A stretch of DNA of 64,000 nt, from IMG/VR virus record IMGVR_UViG_3300037319_000172, positions 45,614 to 109,613 of that record, one strand, 5' to 3'. Positions within the stretch are counted from its first letter, which is position 1. Each line of letters begins with the position of its first letter. This document shows, piece by piece, positions 29,838 through 39,509 of this stretch. The notes under the pieces are model-generated. The model was not told the DNA's origin. It saw nothing but the letters and a program-made list of their open reading frames with translations, and did not search any database. Both the position numbers and the translations under genes were made by a program. This DNA is from a virus.

Positions 29838-32591
29838 CTATTTAAACATTCCTCCAGATATTCTATCAGATGAAGAACTGTCTGAATTAACCGAACCTTG
29901 ATATCCTCCTGTTCCATGATTTCCTTGATAACCTCTAGGTCCTCCAGTTCCATTACTTCCTTGAGCTCCTTTTAATCCTTGAGCTCCTTGCGTTCCATTA
30001 GGTCCTTTATATCCTACAGCACCTTGAGGTCCTCTTCCTCTATGAGCACCTGTCGTACCTTTATCACCGTTATCTCCCTGTGATCCGGCAGTACCAGCGG
30101 TTCCTGTAAATCCTTTTACTAAAGCTCCGACATGTCCTTTAGATCCTTGAGGTCCTGTAGCTCCTTTTAATCCTTTTCTCCCGGTATATCCTGTTAAAGT
30201 ACTATTAGTTCCTTTAACTCCTTGGTTACCTTGAGTTCCTTGATTTCCAGTTGCTCCTTGAAATCCACGTTGTCCTTGAACTCCTTTTGTATTTATGTCT
30301 CCTTGAGGTCCTCTATCACCTTGATATCCTTGATCTCCTTTATGTATACTCAAAGGATTTGGACCTGTATTTCCAGTTTGGCCCTGCATTCCTCTAAATC
30401 CTTGAGCTCCTTGAGATCCGTTAGGTGAAACAGTTCCCTGAGATCCTCTAAATCCTATATCTCCTTTGTATCCTTTATCTCCTTTACCTCCAACAGTTCC
30501 TTGATCTCCTTGATCTCCTCTTTGTCCTTTTAATCCATCAGGACCAGAAGCTCCTACAGTACCTTGGTGTCCTCTATATCCGTCAAAACCTTTATCTCCA
30601 CCTCCACCTGTTGCACCTGTTGCGCCTTTATCTCCTGTTGGTCCTTTATAACCATTAGTTCCTTTATCTCCGACAGGGCCTGCAGTACCTTGAGATCCTT
30701 GAGATCCGACAAAACCTATAAATCCTTTATCTCCTCTAGCTCCTTGATCTCCAGTTGGTCCTTGAATAGTGCCAATAATTCCTTTGAATCCTTGATCTCC
30801 TTTAGTTCCAGTATTACCTTGGAATCCTCTGTATCCCGCATCTCCTTTAGTTCCTATGTCTCCTTGAGTACCTACAGTACCTTGAGATCCTTGAGATCCT
30901 CTAGATCCTTTAGAACCTTGATCTCCTCGATCTCCTGAAGTACCTTGATCTCCTTGAGTTCCTTGTAGTCCTTTAAATCCTGTTGGTCCAGCAATACCGG
31001 TAGTTCCGGTAGTTCCAATATTTCCTGTTAATCCTTTGTCTCCTTGAAATCCTCTATCACCTACAGTTCCTTGATCTCCTTGAGTTCCTTTTCTATTAGT
31101 TAATGTAGTTGCATTTACTCCTTGATTACCTCTGGGTCCAGTATCTCCATTAGGTCCTACAAGACCTTTATCTCCTTTATCTCCTTGAAATCCTCTTGCT
31201 CCAGTATTTCCTTGAGATCCTCTATATCCTGATCCTGTTGATGATGTTGATTGATTAATTCCTTGATTACCTTGAACTCCAGTTGCTCCTTTGTCTCCAG
31301 TTGCTCCTTTATTTCCTTTGTCTCCTTGAACTCCTCTAACACTATCATTACCATCAGATCCCTTATCTCCTTTATCTCCTTGAGATCCTTTATCACCCTG
31401 AACTCCCAATGATCCTTGAGTTCCTTGAGTTCCAATAAGACCATCAGATCCTTTATCACCCTGAGCTCCTGTTACACCGATAAATCCGTCATCACCTTTA
31501 GTTCCTTTAAATCCTTGATCTCCAATAGATCCATTAACTCCTTGAGAACCAATTTCTCCTTTATCTCCTTGAAATCCATTGTCTCCTTTAAGACCTTCTA
31601 ATCCTTGATCTCCTTTAGTTCCTTGTTGTCCAATGTTTCCTGTTGTTCCAATAGTATCATCTTGTCCTTTAGTACCTGTCGATCCTTTGTCTCCAACGAA
31701 TCCTTGATCTCCAATAGAACCAGTTACTCCTTCTTCACCTTGATCTCCTTTACGTCCTCTAAATCCTTCAAATCCTTGATTACCTTTAGTACCGACTCTA
31801 CCTTGAAAACCAGGTTCACCATCAATACCTTGAGGTCCTCTATCACTATCTAGTCCTTTATGTCCTTGATCTCCTCTATCACCTTGATCTCCTTGATCTC
31901 CTATAGTACCATCAAATCCTTTACTACCAACTCCTCCACCGGATCCAGAACCTCCTTGTGCTCCTGTATCTCCAATAGCACCTTGATCTCCTTGATTTCC
32001 TTGGTCTCCTATTGGACCTGCAATACCTTCAGCGCCATTCTCTCCTTTAACACCTTGATCTCCTTTAATTCCTTGATCTCCTTTTTCTCCGATATTTCCA
32101 GTTTCACCTTGATGTCCTCTAGTTCCTTGATCTCCAATAGGACCTATAGATCCTTGAAAACCAGGATCTCCTTTTAATCCTATAAATCCAGGTTCACCTT
32201 GATCTCCGTCATGTCCTACAACTCCTTCATTTCCTTTATCTCCTTCAAAACCTTTATCACCAGTAGGTCCTTGAACTCCTTTATCTCCTTTTAAAGAAGG
32301 AAAGTTATTAGGTTCAAAGTTATTTGGTGTTAGTATTTGGTTATTATTAATTGTCGAATCCGACTTTAATATACCAATACCGTCAAACGTACTGTTAGAT
32401 ATAATAGCGTTGTCGCTTTTTCTAAAAGATAATACGTCTCCAGAAGGAAACGTATTTAGCTCTTGAAAATAAGATGGTGTATGAACAATATTAGTACCTT
32501 TATCGATACCAGATCTTCCAGACGTTTCGTCTAGATTAGCTTGGAATTCACCAGTAGTTTGTACCAGTTTTATCGCTATGTTATTTGCCAT
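29838..32591 (-). CDS. Collagen-like fibre protein
   Basis: Gly-X-Y from aa 102 to ~901. Confidence 0.88.
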   Translation of the reverse strand: MANNIAIKLVQTTGEFQANLDETSGRSGIDKGTNIVHTPSYFQELNTFPSGDVLSFRKSDNAIISNSTFDGIGILKSDSTINNNQILTPNNFEPNNFPSLKGDKGVQGPTGDKGFEGDKGNEGVVGHDGDQGEPGFIGLKGDPGFQGSIGPIGDQGTRGHQGETGNIGEKGDQGIKGDQGVKGENGAEGIAGPIGDQGNQGDQGAIGDTGAQGGSGSGGGVGSKGFDGTIGDQGDQGDRGDQGHKGLDSDRGPQGIDGEPGFQGRVGTKGNQGFEGFRGRKGDQGEEGVTGSIGDQGFVGDKGSTGTKGQDDTIGTTGNIGQQGTKGDQGLEGLKGDNGFQGDKGEIGSQGVNGSIGDQGFKGTKGDDGFIGVTGAQGDKGSDGLIGTQGTQGSLGVQGDKGSQGDKGDKGSDGNDSVRGVQGDKGNKGATGDKGATGVQGNQGINQSTSSTGSGYRGSQGNTGARGFQGDKGDKGLVGPNGDTGPRGNQGVNATTLTNRKGTQGDQGTVGDRGFQGDKGLTGNIGTTGTTGIAGPTGFKGLQGTQGDQGTSGDRGDQGSKGSRGSQGSQGTVGTQGDIGTKGDAGYRGFQGNTGTKGDQGFKGIIGTIQGPTGDQGARGDKGFIGFVGSQGSQGTAGPVGDKGTNGYKGPTGDKGATGATGGGGDKGFDGYRGHQGTVGASGPDGLKGQRGDQGDQGTVGGKGDKGYKGDIGFRGSQGTVSPNGSQGAQGFRGMQGQTGNTGPNPLSIHKGDQGYQGDRGPQGDINTKGVQGQRGFQGATGNQGTQGNQGVKGTNSTLTGYTGRKGLKGATGPQGSKGHVGALVKGFTGTAGTAGSQGDNGDKGTTGAHRGRGPQGAVGYKGPNGTQGAQGLKGAQGSNGTGGPRGYQGNHGTGGYQGSVNSDSSSSDRISGGMFK

Positions 32592-32625
32592 ATCTTTATT
32601 TAGTTATTTTTATTATTTATCAGTT

Positions 32626-33168
32626 TTATATAAACGTAAAGTTTACATCTCCATTAGAGCTTCTATCTATTTTGAAATCGACAACACCATTAGTATCTTC
32701 GAATTCAATAGATTTACCATCTGCTATTGTTACTGACTCTCCATCAAATTCTCCTGTATCTCCTTTAGTTCCTTTTTCACCTTGGAAACCTTGATCTCCT
32801 TTAAAACCTTGATCTCCTTTAGTTCCAACTTCTCCTTGGAATCCTTGATCTCCTTGATCTCCTTGAAAACCTTGATCTCCTTTAGTTCCTTTTTCACCTT
32901 GATCTCCTTGATCTCCTTTAGTTCCTTTTTCACCTTGATCTCCTTGAAAACCTTGATCTCCTTTAATTCCTTTTTCACCTTGAAAACCTTGAAAACCTTG
33001 ATCTCCAACTTCTCCTTGGAATCCTTGGTCTCCTGTTTCACCTTTTAATCCTTGGTCTCCTTTAGTTCCTTTTTCACCTTGAAAACCTTGATCTCCAGTA
33101 TTACCTTGATGTCCTGCCCCTTGGTCTCCTTGAGGACCTGCGGTAGAAATATATGCTGAATATGCCAT
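32626..33168 (-). CDS. Short collagen-like protein
   Basis: ~40 GDQ/GFQ/GEK/GTK triplets plus small beta-rich C-terminus. Confidence 0.85.
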   Translation of the reverse strand: MAYSAYISTAGPQGDQGAGHQGNTGDQGFQGEKGTKGDQGLKGETGDQGFQGEVGDQGFQGFQGEKGIKGDQGFQGDQGEKGTKGDQGDQGEKGTKGDQGFQGDQGDQGFQGEVGTKGDQGFKGDQGFQGEKGTKGDTGEFDGESVTIADGKSIEFEDTNGVVDFKIDRSSNGDVNFTFI

Positions 33169-33196
33169 AGTTTGATTTATCTTATTTATTTTTTAT

Positions 33197-33961
33197 TTAG
33201 TCTAATGAGTTTCTTTCGTATACTATATCAAAAACGTCTCCGCCTCCGATTTCATATCCTGCGTTATCTGAGTTCCAAAACATTGTGTCTCCTGCTGCTA
33301 AATCTGCAACTGACTTAGAAGTAGTTCCTCCGTCTGCTGAGAAATATACATCTCCTGTTTTATCTCCGTAAGTTTCTGTAATTGCTACACCGTTAATATA
33401 AACCTGCACAGTTGAATCTGCAAAAGGAGTAAAATCTAAAGTAATACCAGTAGATGACCCATCACCATTTGATTCTAAAGGCGTTAAGTCTGCTTGTGTG
33501 TGTTCTACACCTTGAGATATTGCAACTGCACCTAAACTAGGTCTCCATGGCAATACTTGCGCTTGTTTGTTTGTAATCGCTTGTAATATAGGATTACTAT
33601 AAGGAAATGTAGGATTAGATGCATTAACAAATTCTGTTATAGAACCTGTATTTGTATCATCAACTACGTAAAAAGTACCTGGAGTTAATTCCCATGAACT
33701 AATTGTAATGTTACCAATCTGTACTGCTACAAATTCTGAAGAACTTGTTGCTTCTTCAACAACTAATCTACCTAACTTATCGGCAGTCTTAGAATCTGCT
33801 AGAACCCAAGTTCCGTTAAAAAAACCTATAACATTCCCAGGAACAAAACCATGAGAAGCTTGTGTATAGCTTGATTTCAAAGACCCTGAAAGCGTCTGAA
33901 GGTCTAATGAATTTAGCTTAGCCTGTAGTCCCTCTATTTGCTTAATTTTTAATTGTGACAT
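33197..33961 (-). CDS. Virion structural protein (fibre-associated)
   Basis: C-terminal domain paralogous to that of 38268-39467; GATATATA at 34026-34033. Confidence 0.6.
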   Translation of the reverse strand: MSQLKIKQIEGLQAKLNSLDLQTLSGSLKSSYTQASHGFVPGNVIGFFNGTWVLADSKTADKLGRLVVEEATSSSEFVAVQIGNITISSWELTPGTFYVVDDTNTGSITEFVNASNPTFPYSNPILQAITNKQAQVLPWRPSLGAVAISQGVEHTQADLTPLESNGDGSSTGITLDFTPFADSTVQVYINGVAITETYGDKTGDVYFSADGGTTSKSVADLAAGDTMFWNSDNAGYEIGGGDVFDIVYERNSLD

Positions 33962-34085
33962 ATATTTTTCTTTTTTTTATAATTTATTTGACGAAAAAGC
34001 GTGTCTACTCTTTCAATACTGATTTTATATATCTGGTTTAGTAGTGTTCATTAGTTTAATAGGGCCATAATATTGTAATATAATA

Positions 34086-34676
34086 ATGATACATACTTTA
34101 ATGAATAACAATACTAAGAAAATAGTAAGAGATTACATATACTTTACTGAAACATTAGATGATGTTAAATCAACTTCTCAAGCTGCCGAGGGTCAATTCC
34201 GTAGTGCGATGAGTAAACACAATGAACCTGCACTTGAAGCACTATCACCTCCTAAGGGTACTCCTCCTATTAGTAAAATAGAGGATGAAGAGCATGTTAA
34301 ATTCGAAGATAAAAACTTTAAAAAGCTTTTTAGAAAATTAGTAGTTAAATGCCATCCAGATAAATTAGATGATTCCTATTCTGAAACAGAAGGAATGTTC
34401 TTAAAAGAATGTTATGAAAATTTAACTAAAAGTAATCAAACATATGATTGGGGAATGCTATTAAGAGTGTCAATTGATTTAAAAGTGGATGTACCTGATT
34501 TAAGCGATGAAAACTTAAAAAACATTATCGATAACATAGAATCTATTAAGAATAACATTAGTAAATTTGAAGGATCCATGGCATATAAATGGTATACCCT
34601 TCCTGATGAAAATGAAAAGAAAGGGTATTTAGAAAATTGTGCTAAAATATTTATGTTTAGTTTAAGTAAGCGTTAA
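34086..34676 (+). CDS. J-domain protein
   Basis: FKKLFRKLVVKCHPDK; only plus-strand gene in this block. Confidence 0.7.
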   Translation: MIHTLMNNNTKKIVRDYIYFTETLDDVKSTSQAAEGQFRSAMSKHNEPALEALSPPKGTPPISKIEDEEHVKFEDKNFKKLFRKLVVKCHPDKLDDSYSETEGMFLKECYENLTKSNQTYDWGMLLRVSIDLKVDVPDLSDENLKNIIDNIESIKNNISKFEGSMAYKWYTLPDENEKKGYLENCAKIFMFSLSKR

Positions 34677-35452
34677 ACATCCCATACTCCATTCATATGA
34701 CATCTAACATATGTCGGTTGAGAATATAGTGCGCCGTTCTTATATCTACCTTGTACTTCCTTTATAAAGAAAATATCTTCAGAAATACTACTAGAAATAA
34801 CGTCCTGCCATTTGTTTGATATATTACTGACATGCATGAATAACCACGGAGCCATTATCTGTCTACCTTTTGCAAATTGCATTGGTTTCCAAGTTTCTGG
34901 TAATCCTGCAAGTTCTACACTTTCAATAGTATTAGGATCTATTATACCAGTTAAATTCTTTTCTGTTCCAGTAACTCGGCTGTTATCATACCAAGATCCA
35001 TTAATCCACCATGTCTTTTCAGGTTCTGCGTTATATTCTAATAATGCTGACATAGTATGATTAGGCATTATGTAATCGTCTGAATCCATATAAGTTATAA
35101 GAGATCCGGTTGATGCTGCTATTCCAAGTTGCCTAGCTGCTCCTCTATAGTAGGTTCCTTCTTCCATTTCTTCATACATTTTTGGAGTATTAGATCTGTC
35201 ATAATATACAAATTTAATATTAGCATTTTCTTTATGAGATCTATTATATAGCTGGTGCGTCTTGTTACATCCGTCTGCTACTATAATCAATTCACAATTT
35301 TTATAAATTTGGTTGTTAAAACTTTCAACTGCCCTATGAAATTTATTAATAGAATCTTCTCTTGCTCCTGGATATTTTTCCAGATTAACTTGCATTATTA
35401 TTGATATTTTAACTTTATCTAAAGCTTCGTATATTTCTTTAAAATCGTTCAT
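34673..35452 (-). CDS. GT2-family glycosyltransferase
   Basis: RAVESF..Q....ELIIVADG, ARQLG, YMDSDD, ED. Confidence 0.8.
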   Translation of the reverse strand: MNDFKEIYEALDKVKISIIMQVNLEKYPGAREDSINKFHRAVESFNNQIYKNCELIIVADGCNKTHQLYNRSHKENANIKFVYYDRSNTPKMYEEMEEGTYYRGAARQLGIAASTGSLITYMDSDDYIMPNHTMSALLEYNAEPEKTWWINGSWYDNSRVTGTEKNLTGIIDPNTIESVELAGLPETWKPMQFAKGRQIMAPWLFMHVSNISNKWQDVISSSISEDIFFIKEVQGRYKNGALYSQPTYVRCHMNGVWDV

Positions 35453-36648
35453 TATTTATATAAGTTTGTTTTCCAATTATATTCGTATGACAACTCATGT
35501 TTATTTGGATTAAATAAGTTGTCTATAAGTTTTTTATATGTATCAACCAATTCAGGGTTAGTTGACGTATATCTATTTAGTATTGGTTTGTTTTTTTCAA
35601 TGTATTCTTCAATGTTTTTATCATGATCCTGCAATGCAATTTTAAGTTGCTCAGCGCCTTTTGTTATATTAAATCCTTCATAATAATATCCTCCATCCTT
35701 AATCATGTCTGCATTATGAACAAGTGGGTACCCGTAGTACATTGCGTCTAAATATGCATAGTTTAATGGGTTTTCCCATTGGTGTGAAATGACAATATCG
35801 GTTTCACTTGAAAGGAACGTTGAAATAGGATATCTACCTACAAATTTTATTTTATTATCGCTTGAATTAACTATATCGAAATGCTTAATCATATCAAGAT
35901 AGTATTTATTTGTAATAAGCTTTTTACCTGAACCTATAAATATTTGCTTGAATGAAGCTTCACCTAAATCTCTAAATATCTTTTCAGCAATCATGATTGG
36001 TATTAATGAATATTTTACAACATTCAAATTAGGTTCCATTACTGATAGCTTCTTTTTATGCTGAGCCTTTGGTGTATACTTAGGAGTTTTCTTTCCGGCT
36101 TTTGTTAGTAATTTATCAAAATCATCTAAAGGTTCTGGATCCCAAACAAAAGGAACGATATGTACTTGTGAATCGTTCTGTCTATATATAGTCTTATAAT
36201 ATTCTAAGTTCTGATATTCTTGTTGAGGTATAATCCAAGTTGCGTCATGTCCGCTATCCCATGAAGGCTTCTCTCCTTCACTTGCTTTATCAAATAATAC
36301 TCTTTCCATATCTACAACATAACTATTGCCGCATTGATATTTTACTATTTTTATATTTGGATTAGATTCTTTAATCTTTTTTATTCTACTAGTAGGCAAT
36401 GAAGATCCTATCATGAATAACAAATCTAATTTGTTTTCCATGTCTATAAATTTAGCTATTTTATATTTACTATAATCCCAATTTACTTTGGTTAAATCAT
36501 CAACTGCAGTCCCAGTGTCTAATATGTAAACATCTAGCCCTTCGATCTGGCCTAGCATTTTTGATAAATTCAAAGCATTTAGTTTAATACCATTGATCCA
36601 CATGCTTTCGTATTCGGTATTTAGCGATATTGATATTCCTACTTTCAT
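35452..36648 (-). CDS. DUF2827-like putative glycosyltransferase
   Basis: W.NGI..N, CGN.Y, VPFVWDP, MEPN.NVVK...P, SHQWENPLNY.Y.D....YPLVHN. Confidence 0.7.
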   Translation of the reverse strand: MKVGISISLNTEYESMWINGIKLNALNLSKMLGQIEGLDVYILDTGTAVDDLTKVNWDYSKYKIAKFIDMENKLDLLFMIGSSLPTSRIKKIKESNPNIKIVKYQCGNSYVVDMERVLFDKASEGEKPSWDSGHDATWIIPQQEYQNLEYYKTIYRQNDSQVHIVPFVWDPEPLDDFDKLLTKAGKKTPKYTPKAQHKKKLSVMEPNLNVVKYSLIPIMIAEKIFRDLGEASFKQIFIGSGKKLITNKYYLDMIKHFDIVNSSDNKIKFVGRYPISTFLSSETDIVISHQWENPLNYAYLDAMYYGYPLVHNADMIKDGGYYYEGFNITKGAEQLKIALQDHDKNIEEYIEKNKPILNRYTSTNPELVDTYKKLIDNLFNPNKHELSYEYNWKTNLYK

Positions 36649-36679
36649 AAACAGTTATTGTATTTATTTATATATTTAA

Positions 36680-36705
36680 AAAAGAAAGGGTCCCGAAGGA
36701 CCCTT
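36680..36705 (-). terminator. Intrinsic terminator with UUCG tetraloop
   Basis: aagggtcc-ttcg-ggaccctt-tctttt. Confidence 0.85.
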
Positions 36706-36742
36706 AAATTAAAACTATGAATTAAATACTTTCGTATTTTTC

Positions 36743-38104
36743 TTAGAATTGGTAAACGAATACTACTGTATCCTCTGAATCGATTGTGTACCCTGGAGTA
36801 GACAATGTAACTGCTGCTCCTGCGATAGATTCTGCAAATACTCTTGATCCGTTAACGAATACATCTACTAGAGATAATTGAGCCTCTTGGACTGTATTTG
36901 CTAATGTATATACTAAACCATTTCCTGCGAAAGATTCAGTTGCCATTTGATCATCTTCGATTATAGCTGCTTCTACAGTATCTAATCTTCCAGCTAAAGC
37001 TGCATCAGCGTTAGCTAAATTGATTACATCCTCGTTAGTTGCAGAAATCTCAGAAGATAGTTCTGTTTGTAAATCAAGTACATCTGCATTTGTTGCAGAA
37101 ATCTCAGAAGATATTTCTCCATCAATTCTTGTAACATCAGAGTTAGTATCTGCAATCTCATTGTTTAAATTCAAGATTACTGCTGCTAAAGCGTCGTCAT
37201 TTACAGTATCAACCGCGTTGATGATAGAAACTACATCTGCGAAAGAGTCTGGATCTGCGTCTACTGCGTTTAATATAGATGCGAACTTGTTTGAAGTTGC
37301 AAGTACCTCAGTAGATAAAGCTCCATCAATTCTTGTAACATCTGCATTAGTATCAGCAATTTCACTTGCTAATTCTCCATTAAGTCTTGTAACCTCAGAG
37401 TTAGTTGCAGCTATTTCACCTGCTACTTCCCCATCAATTCTTATAACTTCAGAGTTAGTTGCAGAAATCTCTGCAGATAAAGCTACTTCTAAAGCGTCAA
37501 CTGAATCAACTAAATCTCCAGAAACTTCTCCTAATCTAGCATCGATAGAAGTTACATCTCCATTAGTCGCATTGATTTCAGTAGCTAATTCTCCGTTAAG
37601 TCTTGTAACTTCTGAATTAGTTGCTGTGATTTCAGCAGCTATTGCAGCGTCGATTCTTGTAACATCTGAATTAGTTGCAGCTATCTCGTTGTTTAAATTC
37701 GAGATTACTACTGCTAAAGCGTCGTCATTTACAGTATCAACCGCGTTGATGATAGAAACTACATCTGCGAAAGAGTCTGGATCTGCACCAACTGCATCTA
37801 AAATAGCAGAAAACTGAGTTGAAGTAGAAAGTATCTCTGTAGATAATGCTTCATCAATTCTTGTAACGTCTGCGTTAGTATCAGCAATTTCACTTGCTAA
37901 TTCTCCTTCAACTCTTACAAAATCAGAACTAGTTGCAGAAATCTCTGCTTCTAAATCGTTATTAACTCTTATAGCTTCAGTAGATATTTCATCTTTAACG
38001 TACCTTGCGATGTCTGCCGTATTGGCAATCTCAAAGTTAGAAGTTGCCCCCCAGTTTACTGTGCTTAAAAAATCCTTAATTTGTTTTGAACGAATTTGTG
38101 CCAT
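36743..38104 (-). CDS. Acidic coiled-coil fibre protein with ~18-aa repeats
   Basis: Repeats of EIxATNxDVTRID; large internal duplication; C-terminal beta domain (VFVNG). Confidence 0.7.
   Translation of the reverse strand: MAQIRSKQIKDFLSTVNWGATSNFEIANTADIARYVKDEISTEAIRVNNDLEAEISATSSDFVRVEGELASEIADTNADVTRIDEALSTEILSTSTQFSAILDAVGADPDSFADVVSIINAVDTVNDDALAVVISNLNNEIAATNSDVTRIDAAIAAEITATNSEVTRLNGELATEINATNGDVTSIDARLGEVSGDLVDSVDALEVALSAEISATNSEVIRIDGEVAGEIAATNSEVTRLNGELASEIADTNADVTRIDGALSTEVLATSNKFASILNAVDADPDSFADVVSIINAVDTVNDDALAAVILNLNNEIADTNSDVTRIDGEISSEISATNADVLDLQTELSSEISATNEDVINLANADAALAGRLDTVEAAIIEDDQMATESFAGNGLVYTLANTVQEAQLSLVDVFVNGSRVFAESIAGAAVTLSTPGYTIDSEDTVVFVYQF
37183..37787. repeat. 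Internal direct repeat, 528-nt period
   Basis: ~75-nt identical blocks starting at 37183 and 37711 (encoding DPDSFADVVSIINAVDTVNDDALA). Confidence 0.8.
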
Positions 38105-38267
38105 ATTGTTTATTGTGTTATATTTTGGCCTAACAACCTTATTGTCGTTAGTGATTTATATATCTCACATAAGCGGGTGGACGTGTATATAATACACGTA
38201 ATATGTTAATAGAATTCAAAAAAATGAAAAAATGAGAAAACCCAATTAATATAGACCGATTAAGCTC

Positions 38268-39467
38268 CTATAATAGATCTGCTCGTGCAGTCTCGTATGT
38301 CAAGTTGACTTCGTCACCTGCCTCTAAATCATACCCTGCTATGTTTCCGTTCCAGTATAATATGTGGCCTGCTCTGATTTCAGATATATCAACAGGAGTT
38401 AACCCTCCATCATTTGAGAAGTAAGAGTCTTTGTCTTTATTACCATTTCCTACTTCTACCGTTATTCCGTTTACTTCAACATGCACATAAGATTCTGCAT
38501 ACGGATTATATGTTAATTGTACTGTTGTATTTGCTGAGTTACCTATTGTTGCAGCTGGGTTTATATTCTTATCAACAAATGCTAATATTCCTTCAATATT
38601 GTTATTTACATCTAATTGAAAAGTAATATCCTGTCCAATTTCCCATATTGTTTTAGTAACACCAGGGCCTGTTGACTGCGTCTCGAATGTAATATCTAAT
38701 TTTATACCATCGGCATCTTCACTATCTCCTCCTCCTGTTATAAGATCAAGTCTTTCCCATGCTGTTATTTTATAAATAGCATATAGATTTGTTGGTTCCA
38801 TATCAAATATTGTTAATATTCCTGTAGCTCCATAAGATACTCTATTTATTAAAAAGTTTTCTAATGATGATAATCTAATACCATTTGAATCTAAATTTTT
38901 AAATATAATTGAAGTTACTTCGCTTGGGGTTTTTGAATCAACTGAAACACTTCCTTGGAAATTAGGATCTGAACCATCTATATTTTCTATCTGAAATACT
39001 CCTTCAACTGAAGACTTTTGTATAATTGTTGTCGTGTTATTATTATTTTCAGGATTATTAGGGTTTGCGTTTGAAACAAGAGATCCTAATTTTAAATTAG
39101 GAAATACATAACTTTTAGATTGAGGATAGTAGTTTTCGTAGAATATACTAACCTGTACTGTTATCAGTCCTACTCCTAAGTTTAAAGATTGACTTTCATC
39201 TATTAAAAAACTTATTTTTCCGGAATTCCCTGCTCTATCTACTGTAAGTTGAGAAGAAACTCCTGGAATTGGAGGTTCCGCGTATTGTAATACTTTTCTA
39301 TCTTCTATAAAAACAGCTACTCCAAATGAAGTTGGTTGGTTTAAATTTAATATAGTTCCTATATAGTCTTTATATAGTATAATGTCATATGTTTGTGAAT
39401 TACCAGAAATAACGTTGATTTCTTCTTCAATAAATGCTATTATATCGTCGTTTGCTACGTAAGCCAT
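38268..39467 (-). CDS. Virion structural protein
   Basis: C-terminal P.A.S.V.V..NG...YFS.DGG.T......AG....WN...AGY....GD domain shared with 33197-33961. Confidence 0.6.
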   Translation of the reverse strand: MAYVANDDIIAFIEEEINVISGNSQTYDIILYKDYIGTILNLNQPTSFGVAVFIEDRKVLQYAEPPIPGVSSQLTVDRAGNSGKISFLIDESQSLNLGVGLITVQVSIFYENYYPQSKSYVFPNLKLGSLVSNANPNNPENNNNTTTIIQKSSVEGVFQIENIDGSDPNFQGSVSVDSKTPSEVTSIIFKNLDSNGIRLSSLENFLINRVSYGATGILTIFDMEPTNLYAIYKITAWERLDLITGGGDSEDADGIKLDITFETQSTGPGVTKTIWEIGQDITFQLDVNNNIEGILAFVDKNINPAATIGNSANTTVQLTYNPYAESYVHVEVNGITVEVGNGNKDKDSYFSNDGGLTPVDISEIRAGHILYWNGNIAGYDLEAGDEVNLTYETARADLL

Positions 39468-39509
39468 TATTTATTAAGTATTTTTTATATATATTCTAAT
39501 AAATTAACT

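Noticed and set aside
29838-29890. SDR motif at collagen ends as a peptidase S74 chaperone cleavage site
   Set aside because: Lacks the SDxRxK pattern and any following chaperone domain
24816-33048. Many alternative-frame ORFs (KEIKELKE... and ISLISFSS...) within collagen genes
   Set aside because: Automatic by-products of GGA-NNN-CAA/AAA codon periodicity; no starts, promoters or independent signal
24900-33130. 9-nt periodic repeats (ccttgatct) as a CRISPR array or DGR
   Set aside because: They are Gly-X-Y coding repeats with no constant repeat/unique spacer structure, and no cas or reverse transcriptase gene is present
37020-37817. 265-aa plus-strand ORF
   Set aside because: Antisense shadow of the repetitive coiled-coil gene
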